This document shows, piece after piece, positions 47,637-57,991 of a DNA stretch of 64,000 bases (positions are counted from its first letter, which is position 1; the number at the start of each line of letters is the position of its first letter). The position numbers and the translations under genes are program-made. This DNA is from Ignavibacteriales bacterium (GTDB lineage Bacteria; Bacteroidota; Ignavibacteria; UBA10030; UBA6906). The notes below the pieces were generated by a model, which saw nothing but the letters and a program-made list of their open reading frames with translations, was not told the origin of the DNA and did no database searches. The stretch lies in the NCBI GenBank assembly GCA_037441705.1, contig JBBIRR010000007.1, positions 1-64,000 of the forward strand. Direction: 5' to 3'.

Positions 47637-49478
47637 TCACGTCCGCCCGAATCGCCGATCCAGCTCATCAATGGATATCTTGAGCGCGATGGGCCTCCCG
47701 TGCGGGCAGACGTACGGCATCGTGCAGGCAAAGAGTTGCTCGAGCAGCGAGCGCATCTCATTTTCGTTCAATACATCACCGGCTTTGATCGCGGCGCGGC
47801 ACGCATACGACTTCGCAAGCGTATCCCGTGCGTCAACCACTTTGTGCTGTTGATATTCCCGATAAAGCGTGAGGACATCGAGGATGATGTTTGCCGACGT
47901 ATCCGACGCGAGATCGGCAGGCACGCCTTCGAGCACAACCGTGTTCTTGCCAAACACTTTCACAGCGAATCCTAAGTACTCGAAATGTGGGAGAAGTTCC
48001 TCAAGCTGCGCGAAGTCGGCAGGCGCGAGTTGAAGCGTTTGCGGAAAGAGGAGTTGTTGAACAGCCTGCGCGTGACGTTCACCGTTCCGAAGGGCACGTT
48101 CATACAGCACGCGTTCATGCGCAACGTGCTGATCGACCACCAGCAGTCCCTGTTCGATCGGCGTCAGAATATACTTCTTGTGGAGCTGCCAGATGGCCGA
48201 CGCTGACCCTTTTCTCACCAACTGCTCGAAGCGGCTTGCAGTCATCGCAGCTTCCGTTCTCTCTGCTCCGAGAAGCTGTGCGGCAATCTCCGCCCCATCA
48301 TGCCCGCGCATCGTCAGGCCGTCCCAATGCTCACGTCTTTCATAGGAAGGCAAAGCAGGCCCGAGGATCTCGCCCGTAGTCGGATTCACGAGTTCATTCC
48401 CCATGGCGTGCTGCCGTCTGGTGAACGCCAGCCCCATCTCGCCTCCATCGTCTCCCTGCCGTGTTACTGAGAGAGTCGGAATGAGGTCATGCGCTGCAAG
48501 CGTTCTCCGAACGAGTGAGGAAACAAAGTGGTAAATATGCTGCTCGTCCTCGAACTTTGCTTCTAACTTCGAAGGATGGACGTTGACATCTACACGATGC
48601 GGATCGATAGTAAGGAAGAGGAGAAAGAATGGAAATGTGCCTTTGACGAGGAGGTTCTCGTAGGCGGAGAACACGGCGTGACTGATATTGCGGCTGATAA
48701 TGTAGCGTCCGTTGAGAAAAAGGTATTGGTTAGCGCGACTCTTCTGCCCGAACGTCGGTTTGCCGACGTAGCCGCGCACGCCGAGTAACTCACTCTCTTC
48801 TTCTGCCCACACCATGGCCTCGACCTGCCGCTGGCCGAAGATATCAAGCATTCGTTCGTGGAGCGTGCCGGGCTTGAGAGCAAGAATCGTTTCATCATCA
48901 CTGATGAACGTGAGAGCAATTTCGGGATGACTGAGCGCGATGCGCTGCACGGCTTCCGCGATGTGGCGGAATTCCGTGCTTGTGGCCTTGAGAAACTTGC
49001 GGCGAGCCGGGGTGTTGAAGAACAGGTTCTGCACCGTCACCGATGTCCCCGGCTCACGCGCCTCACGCGAGATGCGCGGGGGTCCGCCGCCGTCAATCTG
49101 CACTACAACTGCCACATCATCGTCGGGCCGGCGGGTCTTCATCGTTACACGCGCAACCGCCGCAATCGAGGCAAGCGCTTCGCCGCGAAAGCCATACGTG
49201 CGGATCGCCTCCAAATCTTCTGCCGAGACAATCTTGCTGGTGGCGTGACGCAGAAACGCCGTGACGGCATCCTGCTCATCCATCCCTCCACCATCATCTA
49301 CCACCTGAATGAGCTTCTTCCCACCTTCTTTCACAACCACGAGAATGCTCCTGGCCCCAGCATCGAGTGAGTTCTCTAACAATTCCTTCACCACCGATTC
49401 CGGTCGCTGGATAACCTCGCCGGCGGCGATTTGATTGGCAAGATGTTCCGGAAGAACTTGTACCCGACGGAAGCTCAT
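47637..49478 (-). CDS. mutL: DNA mismatch repair protein MutL
   Basis: IAAGEVIQRP, GFRGEAL, DVNVHPSK; endonuclease motif DQHVAHERVLYE, ACR, CPHGRP. Confidence 0.96.
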   Translation of the reverse strand: MSFRRVQVLPEHLANQIAAGEVIQRPESVVKELLENSLDAGARSILVVVKEGGKKLIQVVDDGGGMDEQDAVTAFLRHATSKIVSAEDLEAIRTYGFRGEALASIAAVARVTMKTRRPDDDVAVVVQIDGGGPPRISREAREPGTSVTVQNLFFNTPARRKFLKATSTEFRHIAEAVQRIALSHPEIALTFISDDETILALKPGTLHERMLDIFGQRQVEAMVWAEEESELLGVRGYVGKPTFGQKSRANQYLFLNGRYIISRNISHAVFSAYENLLVKGTFPFFLLFLTIDPHRVDVNVHPSKLEAKFEDEQHIYHFVSSLVRRTLAAHDLIPTLSVTRQGDDGGEMGLAFTRRQHAMGNELVNPTTGEILGPALPSYERREHWDGLTMRGHDGAEIAAQLLGAERTEAAMTASRFEQLVRKGSASAIWQLHKKYILTPIEQGLLVVDQHVAHERVLYERALRNGERHAQAVQQLLFPQTLQLAPADFAQLEELLPHFEYLGFAVKVFGKNTVVLEGVPADLASDTSANIILDVLTLYREYQQHKVVDARDTLAKSYACRAAIKAGDVLNENEMRSLLEQLFACTMPYVCPHGRPIALKISIDELDRRFGRT

Positions 49479-49580
49479 AAGTAGCGTGAGCAGTTTAGGG
49501 ATCGGTGAAGTGGCGATTCATTGTGGAGAGGGTAGATGTTGTAGTGAACGCCGGAAAACGCATCGTCAATCCACCCCTCT

Positions 49581-50516
49581 TCAGTCTTGTTCGAATAACG
49601 CCTCAACAAACGCTTCTTTATCAAACGGCTGCAGGTCATCAATCTTTTCTCCTACACCCACATACTTGATGGGCAGGTTCATCTCGCGGCTGATGGCAAG
49701 GACGATTCCCCCTTTTGCCGTCCCGTCGAGCTTCGTCAGAACAAGCCCGGTGACACCCGCGGCAGCGTCGAACTGCTTTGCCTGCCGAAGCCCGTTCTGT
49801 CCGGTTGATGCATCAATCACCAAGAGTACTTCATGGGGGAAGGCAGGATTCAGCTTCGCCACGACTCGTCGAATCTTTTTCAGTTCTTCCATTAAGTTGA
49901 CCTTCGTGTGCAGGCGTCCCGCCGTGTCGATGATAACAACATCGGCCCGATGCGCGATCGCTGATTTCACCGCATCGAAAGCGACGGCTGCGGGGTCCGA
50001 GCCGGGCTGCTGCTGGATGACCTGAGCACCGGCGCGTTTCGCCCAAATTTCCAACTGCTCATTCGCTGCCGCGCGGAACGTGTCGGCCGAACCGATGACG
50101 ACGTTCTTGCCTGCTCTTGTGTAGATGTGTGCTAACTTGCCGATCGTGGTTGTCTTGCCGACACCATTGATGCCGACGACCATGATGACGTACGGCGTTT
50201 CGGCGGGAAGCTGAAACGGGTCGAATACCGCATCGGTCGAGGCAAGCTGTCGTTGGATTTCATCCTTGAGGAGCCGCTGCAGCTCCGATGCGTTGGCGTA
50301 GCGTTCCTGCTTCACGCGCATGCGAATGGCCTCGATGATGGCAAGCGAAGCCTCAACGCCAACGTCCGCACCGATGAGAATCTCTTCGAGCTGATCGAGC
50401 GTAGCATCGTCAATCGTGGATTTCGTGGTCACCAACCGGGTCACTTTGCCGAGAAAACCTTCCCGGGTTTTGCTCAGACCTTCTTTCAGTTTGGAGAGTT
50501 TGTCCAACAACGCCAT
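49581..50516 (-). CDS. ftsY: Signal recognition particle receptor FtsY
   Basis: GINGVGKTTT, DTFRAAA, DTAGR, TKLDGTAKGG. Confidence 0.96.
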   Translation of the reverse strand: MALLDKLSKLKEGLSKTREGFLGKVTRLVTTKSTIDDATLDQLEEILIGADVGVEASLAIIEAIRMRVKQERYANASELQRLLKDEIQRQLASTDAVFDPFQLPAETPYVIMVVGINGVGKTTTIGKLAHIYTRAGKNVVIGSADTFRAAANEQLEIWAKRAGAQVIQQQPGSDPAAVAFDAVKSAIAHRADVVIIDTAGRLHTKVNLMEELKKIRRVVAKLNPAFPHEVLLVIDASTGQNGLRQAKQFDAAAGVTGLVLTKLDGTAKGGIVLAISREMNLPIKYVGVGEKIDDLQPFDKEAFVEALFEQD

Positions 50517-50591
50517 GATGGTGAAGACTCGTGTGAATCGCTTCGCGGGTTCGCCGCAAGGGAATTCCATTTCTGCCTGCACCCATGATAC

Positions 50592-50620
50592 AAAAAAGCC
50601 CCACGAAAAACTCGCGGGGC
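50592..50620 (-). terminator. Intrinsic terminator after the pirin gene
   Basis: gccccgcga-gtttt-tcgtggggc followed by tttttt. Confidence 0.75.
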
Positions 50621-50661
50621 CTATGCCTGAACGCAGTACGATAGACGGACGAGCCGGGAGT

Positions 50662-51570
50662 TCACCGCTTCCTGATGAAGGTGCCGCGCTGCAGATCCTC
50701 GAACGCTTGCTGCAGTTCTTCCTGCGTGTTCATGACAATCGGGCCATACCACGCCACCGGTTCCTTGAGCGGCTGACCGGAGACGAGCAGAAACCGGATT
50801 CCCTCCTCGCCTGCGTGCACGACGATCTCATCGCCGCTGTCGAAGAGAACGAGTGAGCGATTGCCGGTCATTTCACGAACGGGGGCATCCTCATTCGTCC
50901 CCACGCGTTCGGTCAGCACGCCGAATGGTGCCGATGCGTCGCGAAACGTCCCCGACCCGTCGAAAACATACGCGAAGGCATTGCGGGAGGATTCGACAGG
51001 GATGTGCTTTCGCCGGTGCGGCGGAACCCAGATGTCGAGATAGCGCGGGTCGGCCGCGATGCCCTCAACCGGTCCGCGCTTGCCCCAGAACCCTCCGCAA
51101 ATGACACGCACACGCGTGCCGTCGTCGTCCGTCACTTCAGGAATCTCGCCGCCGGGAATATCCTGATAGCGTGGGTCGGTCATCTTCAGCGACGAGGGAA
51201 GGTTCGCCCAGAGCTGAAAGCCGTGCATCGTTCCCTGCTCGTTGCCCCGCGGCATTTCTTGATGGAGAATGCCGCTGCCGGCGGTCATCCACTGCACATC
51301 TCCTCCCCCAAGCGTGCCGGAGTTGCCGAGACTATCTTTGTGATGGACGCTTCCTGCCAGAACATACGTGATGGTCTCAATCCCACGATGCGGGTGCCAT
51401 GGGAAGCCTGCGAGATAATCTTCCGGATTCTCGTTGCGGAAATCATCTAACAACAAGAACGGATCATAGTCGCCCGTCTGGCCAAATCCGAACGCGCGGC
51501 GTAGCTTCACGCCCGCCCCTTCGATCGTTGGCCTCGATTGCACAATGCGTTTCACCGGCCGAATAGACAT
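50662..51570 (-). CDS. Pirin family protein
   Basis: DPFLLLD, GFPWHPHRGIETITY, QWMTAGSGILHQE, QLWANLP, GPIVMNT. Confidence 0.95.
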   Translation of the reverse strand: MSIRPVKRIVQSRPTIEGAGVKLRRAFGFGQTGDYDPFLLLDDFRNENPEDYLAGFPWHPHRGIETITYVLAGSVHHKDSLGNSGTLGGGDVQWMTAGSGILHQEMPRGNEQGTMHGFQLWANLPSSLKMTDPRYQDIPGGEIPEVTDDDGTRVRVICGGFWGKRGPVEGIAADPRYLDIWVPPHRRKHIPVESSRNAFAYVFDGSGTFRDASAPFGVLTERVGTNEDAPVREMTGNRSLVLFDSGDEIVVHAGEEGIRFLLVSGQPLKEPVAWYGPIVMNTQEELQQAFEDLQRGTFIRKR

Positions 51571-51654
51571 GGTGTCTCCTTCTCATGAATGTGGTACACT
51601 CCTGAAAACATACGCAGCGTCATGACCGTTCCGCGTGAGCTTGTAGAACGCGCA

Positions 51655-52197
51655 TCAGACCGACGTCCGCCGCAGAGCTCTCACGAAAACCGCCGCGTAC
51701 AACCCGAGGGACGCAATCAGCATCACAACGCTCAGCCCGATGGCTCCGTCCATCACCGGACCGCGAACGTTCAGCATCGCCAACGCCATCGTTGCCGCAA
51801 GGACGCCGATCGTCCACTTGCCGAGGAGGTTGGATTGTTCCACGATGCCGCGTCTCCGTTTCAGATACATCCCGCCAGCAAGAATCAGCACGTCGCGCGC
51901 AACGATTGCCAGAAGAAACCACAGCGGAATCTGTCCGAGCTGCACCAGCACGATCGCGACGACAGCGATACCGATTTTGTCTGCGAGCGGGTCGAGGATT
52001 TTCCCCCACTCGGTAATTTGATTGTACCTGCGCGCTATGACGCCGTCGAGCTTGTCGGTAAGGGCGGCGATCCCGAGAAGCGCAAGCCCCCACAGCCGTG
52101 CGTTGGGAACATCGGAAAGCATAATCATGACAAACGGAACACTCAGCGCAGCGCGCGTGATGCTGAGAATATTTGAGATGGTAAAGAATCGCTGCAA
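51655..52197 (-). CDS. CDP-alcohol phosphatidyltransferase (PgsA-like)
   Basis: TISNILSITR and TDKLDGVIARRYNQITEWGKILDPLADK. Confidence 0.9.
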   Translation of the reverse strand: MQRFFTISNILSITRAALSVPFVMIMLSDVPNARLWGLALLGIAALTDKLDGVIARRYNQITEWGKILDPLADKIGIAVVAIVLVQLGQIPLWFLLAIVARDVLILAGGMYLKRRRGIVEQSNLLGKWTIGVLAATMALAMLNVRGPVMDGAIGLSVVMLIASLGLYAAVFVRALRRTSV

Positions 52198-52225
52198 AGG
52201 GATTGATGGATTGGTGGAGATGATC

Positions 52226-53716
52226 TCACGCCTCGTTTTCGTCCTTCGTTTGTGTCGTGTCGATTTTCACGGGGTATTTCCCGCTGAAGCACGCCGTACA
52301 ATAGTTGGCACCATTCTCATGCGGCACCGACGCCAGCAAGTCCTCTAACTCCAGATACTCCAAGCTGTCAACACCCAACTCTGCCTGGATTCTCTTCACG
52401 TCGCCATCGCATTTGTTGGCAATCAATTCCTCCTTGCTGGGAAAATCCATTCCGTAATGGCACGGGTACTTGATCGGCGGCGCCGTGACGCGGAAGTGCA
52501 CTTCTTTCGGTCCGGCCTGCTTCACCAGCTGCACGAGTTGCTTCGAGGTTGTGCCGCGGACAATCGAATCGTCCACGATCACCACGACACGATCTTTGAG
52601 GACACCCTTGACGGTGTTGAACTTGGTCTTCACCTTGTTCTCACGCACATCCTGCTTGGGCTGGATAAACGTCCGCCCGATGTAGTGACTGCGAATCAGT
52701 CCGATTTCGAGTTTTGTTTTGTTACCGAGTTTGTTCGCCGCCTGAACAAACCCCATGGTGGCGGTGTTGCTGGAGTCGGGGACGTTGATGACGATAACCT
52801 TTTCGTCAGGATTGCCGGGATGCACGGGTTTCGTTCTTGCTAACGTTTTGCCCAACTTCCTGCGAACCTTGTCAACGCTGTGGCCGAAGATCTGACTGTC
52901 GGGGCGAGAGAAGTAGATGTACTCGAAGATGCAGTAATGCGGCGCCGGCGTTTCGTCGTTGATCCTCAGAGACTTCACCGAGCCGGTGGCCTGTGCATCC
53001 TCATCAATAACAATCAGCTCTCCCGGATCGACGTCGCGTACATACTCTGCGTCAATGATGTCGAAGGCAACCGTCTCCGAAGCAACGAAGAACGCATTGC
53101 CTTTGCGCCCGAGAGCCAGCGGACGGAAGCCGGAGTGATCGCGGGCGGCAATGAGCCGGTTGTTGGTGAGAATGACAAGCGAGAATGCGCCGCGTATCTG
53201 CGAGAGTGCGTCGCGAATCTGCTCGATCTGGTCCGTGTGTTTGCTGCGGGCGATGAGGTGGAGGATCACCTCCGTATCGGAGGTGGTTTGAAAGATTGTC
53301 CCCTCCTCCACCAACCGCTTTCGTATCTCGCGGAAGTTGGTCAGATTGCCGTTGTGTGCAACGGCGAGATTGCCGCTTTTGTAGATCACCGTGAGCGGCT
53401 GAATGTTCAGCTTGTTATCGGCCGCTCCGGCGGTGGAGTAGCGGTTGTGGCCGATGGCGATCGTGCCGCGGAGTTCGGCAGTCAGCAGACGTTCGTCTCG
53501 ATAAATCTCGTTGACGAGGCCGAAGTCCTTGTGGATGTGAAAGCGGTAGCGCTTGAGCTTTTCGTCATATTCCGAGGTAACGATGCCCGAGCCTTCTTGC
53601 CCGCGATGCTGTTGAGCGAGTAAGCCGTAATAGGTGAATTGCGCCGCTGCAGGGTGGCCGTACACGCCGAAAACGGCGCAGTGGCATTGGGGTTTGTCGA
53701 GAACGGGATTGCTCAT
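52226..53716 (-). CDS. purF: Amidophosphoribosyltransferase
   Basis: Propeptide then CAVFG; QHRGQE, GHNRYSTAG, CIFEYIYFSRPDS, VDDSIVRGTT, YCTACF (Fe-S type). Confidence 0.96.
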   Translation of the reverse strand: MSNPVLDKPQCHCAVFGVYGHPAAAQFTYYGLLAQQHRGQEGSGIVTSEYDEKLKRYRFHIHKDFGLVNEIYRDERLLTAELRGTIAIGHNRYSTAGAADNKLNIQPLTVIYKSGNLAVAHNGNLTNFREIRKRLVEEGTIFQTTSDTEVILHLIARSKHTDQIEQIRDALSQIRGAFSLVILTNNRLIAARDHSGFRPLALGRKGNAFFVASETVAFDIIDAEYVRDVDPGELIVIDEDAQATGSVKSLRINDETPAPHYCIFEYIYFSRPDSQIFGHSVDKVRRKLGKTLARTKPVHPGNPDEKVIVINVPDSSNTATMGFVQAANKLGNKTKLEIGLIRSHYIGRTFIQPKQDVRENKVKTKFNTVKGVLKDRVVVIVDDSIVRGTTSKQLVQLVKQAGPKEVHFRVTAPPIKYPCHYGMDFPSKEELIANKCDGDVKRIQAELGVDSLEYLELEDLLASVPHENGANYCTACFSGKYPVKIDTTQTKDENEA

Positions 53717-53766
53717 GGTGTCGGATTGTACATCGTGCTTCAATATACAGCAACTTCTTTGGTCAA

Positions 53767-55368
53767 TCAATCAGCAATCGTATCGTGGAGGAACTCGGCG
53801 TCGTTGCGGTGCGGATAGTCCGTCGTCATGTGCAGCCCGCGGCTTTCTTTTCTTTTCATCGCACACTGAATGATCAGCATCGCGCACTGAGCGAGGTTGC
53901 GCAGCTCGATCAATCCTTCCGTCACTTTCGTTTTCTTATAGAATGCTTCCACTTCATCCTGAAGAAGTTTCATGCGGCGAAGCGCACGCTCCAAACGCAG
54001 ATTCGAGCGAACGATCCCGACGTAATCCCACATGATGTGTTGTATCTCTTTCCGATTGTGGGCGATCAGCACCCATTCCTCGCTGTTGAATGTTCCACTA
54101 TCATCCCAATCTTGAAGTGCGGGAAATTCTCGCGAAGAGTCCTTCAGGCGGCGTCGCGCATCTTCGGCTGCGCGATGCGAAAAAACTAAACCCTCCAACA
54201 ACGAATTGCTCGCGAGACGATTGGCCCCGTGGACGCCTGTCATGCTCACTTCGCCGGACGCATACAGGCCGTCAATGGAGGTGCGTCCTTCTGTATCGGT
54301 TACCACCCCGCCGCACGAGTAATGCGCGGCGGGCACGACCGGAATCGGCTCTTTTGTAATGTCAAGCTTGTATTTCGTGAGGCAGGTTTGATAGATGTGG
54401 GGGAACTTTTCGATCGTTTGCTCCCGAGGAAGATGTCGCAAATCTAACAGCACATAATCCTCTCCCCGCTTCTTCAACTCCGTATCGATAGCGTAGGCAA
54501 CGATGTCTCGCGGCGCAAGCGACTGGCGCGGGTCGTACTTGTGCATGAACTCTTCGCCATCCAACGTACGAAGAATGCCGCCGTATCCGCGCACGGCCTC
54601 GGAGATGAGGAAGGAAGGACTGCCGGAGTCGTAGAGCGTTGTGGGATGAAACTGCACGAATTCCATGTTCGCGATGATCGCGCCGGCGCGGTATGCCATT
54701 GCCACGCCGTCGCCGGTGGCGATCAAGGGGTTGGTGGTGTGGAGATAGACGTGGCCCAGCCCACCGGTAGCAAGCAGAACGATTCTTGCCAGGAACGTGT
54801 CGACACGATGCAGGCGTTCGTTCAACACATATGCACCCCAGCAGTGAATATTCCGGCGATCGATCTCACGCTTCGGAAGCACGTGATGCTCGGTGATCAA
54901 CTCGATGGCAATATGGTTTTCGAAGATGGTAATGTTCGGGTGGCTCGTCGCGTGCGCCACCAGTGCACGCTCGATCTCTCTTCCTGTCAGGTCTCGCGCA
55001 TGAACGATGCGGTTGACCGAATGCCCTCCTTCGCGGCCGAGGTCCAGCTCGCCGGTTTCCTTTCGTGTGAATTCGACGCCCAACTCAATCAGCTCGTTGA
55101 GTCGGTCGGGACCTTCTTTGACGAGAATTTCGACCGCGTCGCGGTGGCACAGCCCCGCCCCGGTGGCAAGAGTATCCTGAATATGTGCCTCGAAAGAATC
55201 CATCCTGGACATCACGGCAGCGACACCTCCTTGAGCGTAGTTGGTGTTCGATTCCGCTCGTTCCTTTTTGGTGATGATCGCCACCGAGCCGTACGGGGCT
55301 ACCTTCAATGCGTAGAAGAGTCCCGCAATACCGCTCCCCAGAACAAGAAAGTCAAATCGGTGGGTCAT
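53767..55368 (-). CDS. nadB: L-aspartate oxidase
   Basis: [54 protein letters not shown]. Confidence 0.95.
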   Translation of the reverse strand: MTHRFDFLVLGSGIAGLFYALKVAPYGSVAIITKKERAESNTNYAQGGVAAVMSRMDSFEAHIQDTLATGAGLCHRDAVEILVKEGPDRLNELIELGVEFTRKETGELDLGREGGHSVNRIVHARDLTGREIERALVAHATSHPNITIFENHIAIELITEHHVLPKREIDRRNIHCWGAYVLNERLHRVDTFLARIVLLATGGLGHVYLHTTNPLIATGDGVAMAYRAGAIIANMEFVQFHPTTLYDSGSPSFLISEAVRGYGGILRTLDGEEFMHKYDPRQSLAPRDIVAYAIDTELKKRGEDYVLLDLRHLPREQTIEKFPHIYQTCLTKYKLDITKEPIPVVPAAHYSCGGVVTDTEGRTSIDGLYASGEVSMTGVHGANRLASNSLLEGLVFSHRAAEDARRRLKDSSREFPALQDWDDSGTFNSEEWVLIAHNRKEIQHIMWDYVGIVRSNLRLERALRRMKLLQDEVEAFYKKTKVTEGLIELRNLAQCAMLIIQCAMKRKESRGLHMTTDYPHRNDAEFLHDTIAD

Positions 55369-55418
55369 GGAAGTGTTGTCTGCGTTGCCGGCTGTTTGTG
55401 ATGCGACCCAATATAAAC

Positions 55419-55450
55419 AAAAAAAGGGCGGCGGAGAAATCCGTCGCCCT
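55419..55450 (-). terminator. Intrinsic terminator after the outer-membrane barrel gene
   Basis: agggcgacgga-tttc-tccgccgccct followed by a T run on the minus strand. Confidence 0.8.
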
Positions 55451-55471
55451 GATACATTTGCGCTCGCGATG

Positions 55472-56875
55472 CTATTCGAAATTGTAGCTCGCGTTCAAGA
55501 ACCCAAACGTGTTCAGGTTGTCGTTCGAGCCAATGAGGCCAAAGCCGCGACGCAGCGCTTCTTCCGTGACCGTTGCGTCGAGCGAGAAATTGCCGAACCG
55601 GAACCCGAGACCCAGTGTGACAATGCCATCATGGTTGTAGTTTCCGAACAACAGAAAACTGCTCGGCGTGGTAAGATTGGTTTCGAATGCCGTTGCCGTG
55701 GTGCCGATGGTAGACTCAACCTTCAGCTTGAACTTTCCAAGCGTGCGGTAGTAACCGGCGCGGCCCGCGAGCCAATCCAGAAACCACCATTCGCCGCCGA
55801 GATTGATTACCGGAATGGACGTGTTGGAGACCGTTCCGGTGAGCGCGGCAGCAGGTGTGCTGCCAACGGCCGCCTGCGCAAATTCGACTTTCGCCCGCGC
55901 AGTGAAGAAACTCAACCCCGTCGCAATCAGAATAGTCGGAGTCTGATACTCGATTCCTCCGCCGAATGCGACCGAGGTGAGTGATACTTTGAGTGAGGCA
56001 GGAGTATTGGCCGCGGCGGCAGTCGGTTTTCTATCTTCCTTCGGCTCCCCCGACACTGTCGCAAACGCTCCGTACGGCACAAAACTGACTCTGTTCGAAA
56101 GCTTCAAACGTGCCCGCGCCTGAACCTGGAACTCCGTCCCACTCACGGAGTAATCGCCGTCGACCGGCGTTGTCGGAGCGGGCGTCATGCTTACCTTATC
56201 GGTAGCCTTGTCCAATCGAAGCGCGGCGCTGACATCGAGAGCATTTCCACCTCCCATATCGAACAGGATGCCGCCGCGGAAACCAAACACCCGAGCAGAG
56301 GCTTCCGAGGAAGAGGAGGTTGTTCCCGAGGTGAACGTAGAATCGGAGTTGGAGTTGCCGTACATGAAACCGAATCCAACATCGAGCGCCCCTAAATCAA
56401 CCGACGCGAACGCCTCCCACACATTAGCGATAGGTGGGATCGGCCGCGGGAAACGCTGTGCGATCGAACCGATAGGAAGCGGGAACCCCAACGCGCCGAC
56501 ACCCGCAATGAACGTTCGTGCCTGATTGGCGAACGACGGATCGTAACTCAACACCGCGCCAATCGTCAGTTGCTTGTTGATTGCAAAGCTGATTCCTGCA
56601 TTCTGGAGACCGTAGCCGTTATCCGCGGTCGTCAGCCCGGCAAGTGTACCGCCGCCGATGTTCGACCAGAAGTAATCTTTGTAACGAGTCTGGTAGGCAG
56701 GATTCAGCAGCAAGAGTGCCGGGTCATCCCACATGAACGGATTGAGCACCAATCCCTGACCGGCGCTCGCGCCGCCCATTGCAATCTGGCGCGCAAGTCC
56801 TCCCCACTTTGCCTGGCCGTATGCCGACGCACACACAAACACTCCCGCGAACACAAAGAGTGCTACTCGTTTCAT
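55472..56875 (-). CDS. Uncharacterised outer-membrane beta-barrel protein
   Basis: AAGGAGG SD; signal peptide [20 protein letters not shown]; alternating amphipathic strands; NPA motif near the N-terminus; ends NASYNFE. Confidence 0.75.
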   Translation of the reverse strand: MKRVALFVFAGVFVCASAYGQAKWGGLARQIAMGGASAGQGLVLNPFMWDDPALLLLNPAYQTRYKDYFWSNIGGGTLAGLTTADNGYGLQNAGISFAINKQLTIGAVLSYDPSFANQARTFIAGVGALGFPLPIGSIAQRFPRPIPPIANVWEAFASVDLGALDVGFGFMYGNSNSDSTFTSGTTSSSSEASARVFGFRGGILFDMGGGNALDVSAALRLDKATDKVSMTPAPTTPVDGDYSVSGTEFQVQARARLKLSNRVSFVPYGAFATVSGEPKEDRKPTAAAANTPASLKVSLTSVAFGGGIEYQTPTILIATGLSFFTARAKVEFAQAAVGSTPAAALTGTVSNTSIPVINLGGEWWFLDWLAGRAGYYRTLGKFKLKVESTIGTTATAFETNLTTPSSFLLFGNYNHDGIVTLGLGFRFGNFSLDATVTEEALRRGFGLIGSNDNLNTFGFLNASYNFE

Positions 56876-56937
56876 GGTACCTCCTTGAATTGTGAGGGAA
56901 AGGTGGAATTGTGGGAGAAAGGAACCTGCGGACAGTG

Positions 56938-57024
56938 TCAACACTCCCAGCAGCCCGCGGCAAGAACGGCGGTGAGCACAAACAGAATCGCGTTGGCAAC
57001 TCTGTACTTCAGGGAGCGGCTCAT
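56938..57024 (-). CDS. Putative 28-aa small protein (signal-peptide-like, lipobox LAAG-C followed by WEC)
   Basis: GGAGG SD 5 nt before ATG; MSRSLKYRVANAILFVLTAVLAAGCWEC*. It is in frame with an upstream start at 57201 that has its own SD (87-aa form). Confidence 0.5.
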   Translation of the reverse strand: MSRSLKYRVANAILFVLTAVLAAGCWEC

Positions 57025-57254
57025 AGGGACCTCCATTGTTGATTGTGGTTGGATGATGGATTGTGACCTGCGGCGTTGGTGCTGTGCTGACCGGCGCATA
57101 CGCCAGCGCATCTGAAAGAGGATGAAAAGGTTTTCTTGATGGTTGCCAGAATGCCCCTTCGCAGCGGGCGGTGCCTCGGCAGGCTTCCGAGATGTCTTCA
57201 TAAGGGTCCCCTCCTGTTATGATGGGTCAAGAACCCACTGGAAAAGCTTGGGAC

Positions 57255-57283
57255 ATCATACCGACTTCACGAACCAATGTCAA
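57255..57283 (-). promoter_or_regulatory. Near-consensus sigma70 promoter
   Basis: TTGACA-N17-TATGAT. Confidence 0.8.
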
Positions 57284-57346
57284 GCACAGAAACGGGGAAG
57301 CGCAAAAAATCAAAGATGTGATAAAGGCTCGGCCGTACTTTTTCCA

Positions 57347-57991
57347 TCAGAGCCGCTGCAAGAGCGAGTCGAGAAAGGCTACACTTCGCTCCAGATCAGG
57401 TTCCGACCCATTGTTCGTCAACACGAAATCGGCACGACGCAGCGCCTGCTCGACGTTCATTTGCGATTGCATCCGAGCGAGAATTTCTTCGCGCGTCACA
57501 CCATCCCGCTTCATGACTCGTTCGATTCGCTTCTCTTCATCCGCACTCACAACGACAACATAATCCAGCTGCTTGTCCATCCCGCTTTCGAAAATCAATG
57601 CGGCTTCGATGATAATAAACGGCCGCCTTTGCGCCGGCGAGAGTTGCCTGACCGTTTCTTCGATGGAGCGAAAGACGTGGGGATGCACGATGGCGTTGAG
57701 TTCCTGAAGACGTTTGCGGTTGGTGAAGACGTATCCCGCGAGGGCCTTCCGATCTACCAACCCATTGGGAAGAAAAACCTCGTCGCCGAAGACTTTTCGG
57801 AGAGCAGCCTTGATGTCCTCACTGCTATCGGTGAGCGAACGAGCAATCGCATCGGCAGAGAGAACCGTACGCCCCAGACGAGCAAAGATACTGCAGACGG
57901 TTGATTTCCCGCTGCCGATGCCGCCGGTAACGCCCACGCGGAGATAGTCTGTGGACTTGTTTTTCAATACGACTCGCGGGTCACTTGGCAA
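57347..57991 (-). CDS. coaE: Dephospho-CoA kinase
   Basis: GVTGGIGSGKST, ADAIAR, LNAIVHP, EAALIFE. Confidence 0.95.
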   Translation of the reverse strand: MPSDPRVVLKNKSTDYLRVGVTGGIGSGKSTVCSIFARLGRTVLSADAIARSLTDSSEDIKAALRKVFGDEVFLPNGLVDRKALAGYVFTNRKRLQELNAIVHPHVFRSIEETVRQLSPAQRRPFIIIEAALIFESGMDKQLDYVVVVSADEEKRIERVMKRDGVTREEILARMQSQMNVEQALRRADFVLTNNGSEPDLERSVAFLDSLLQRL

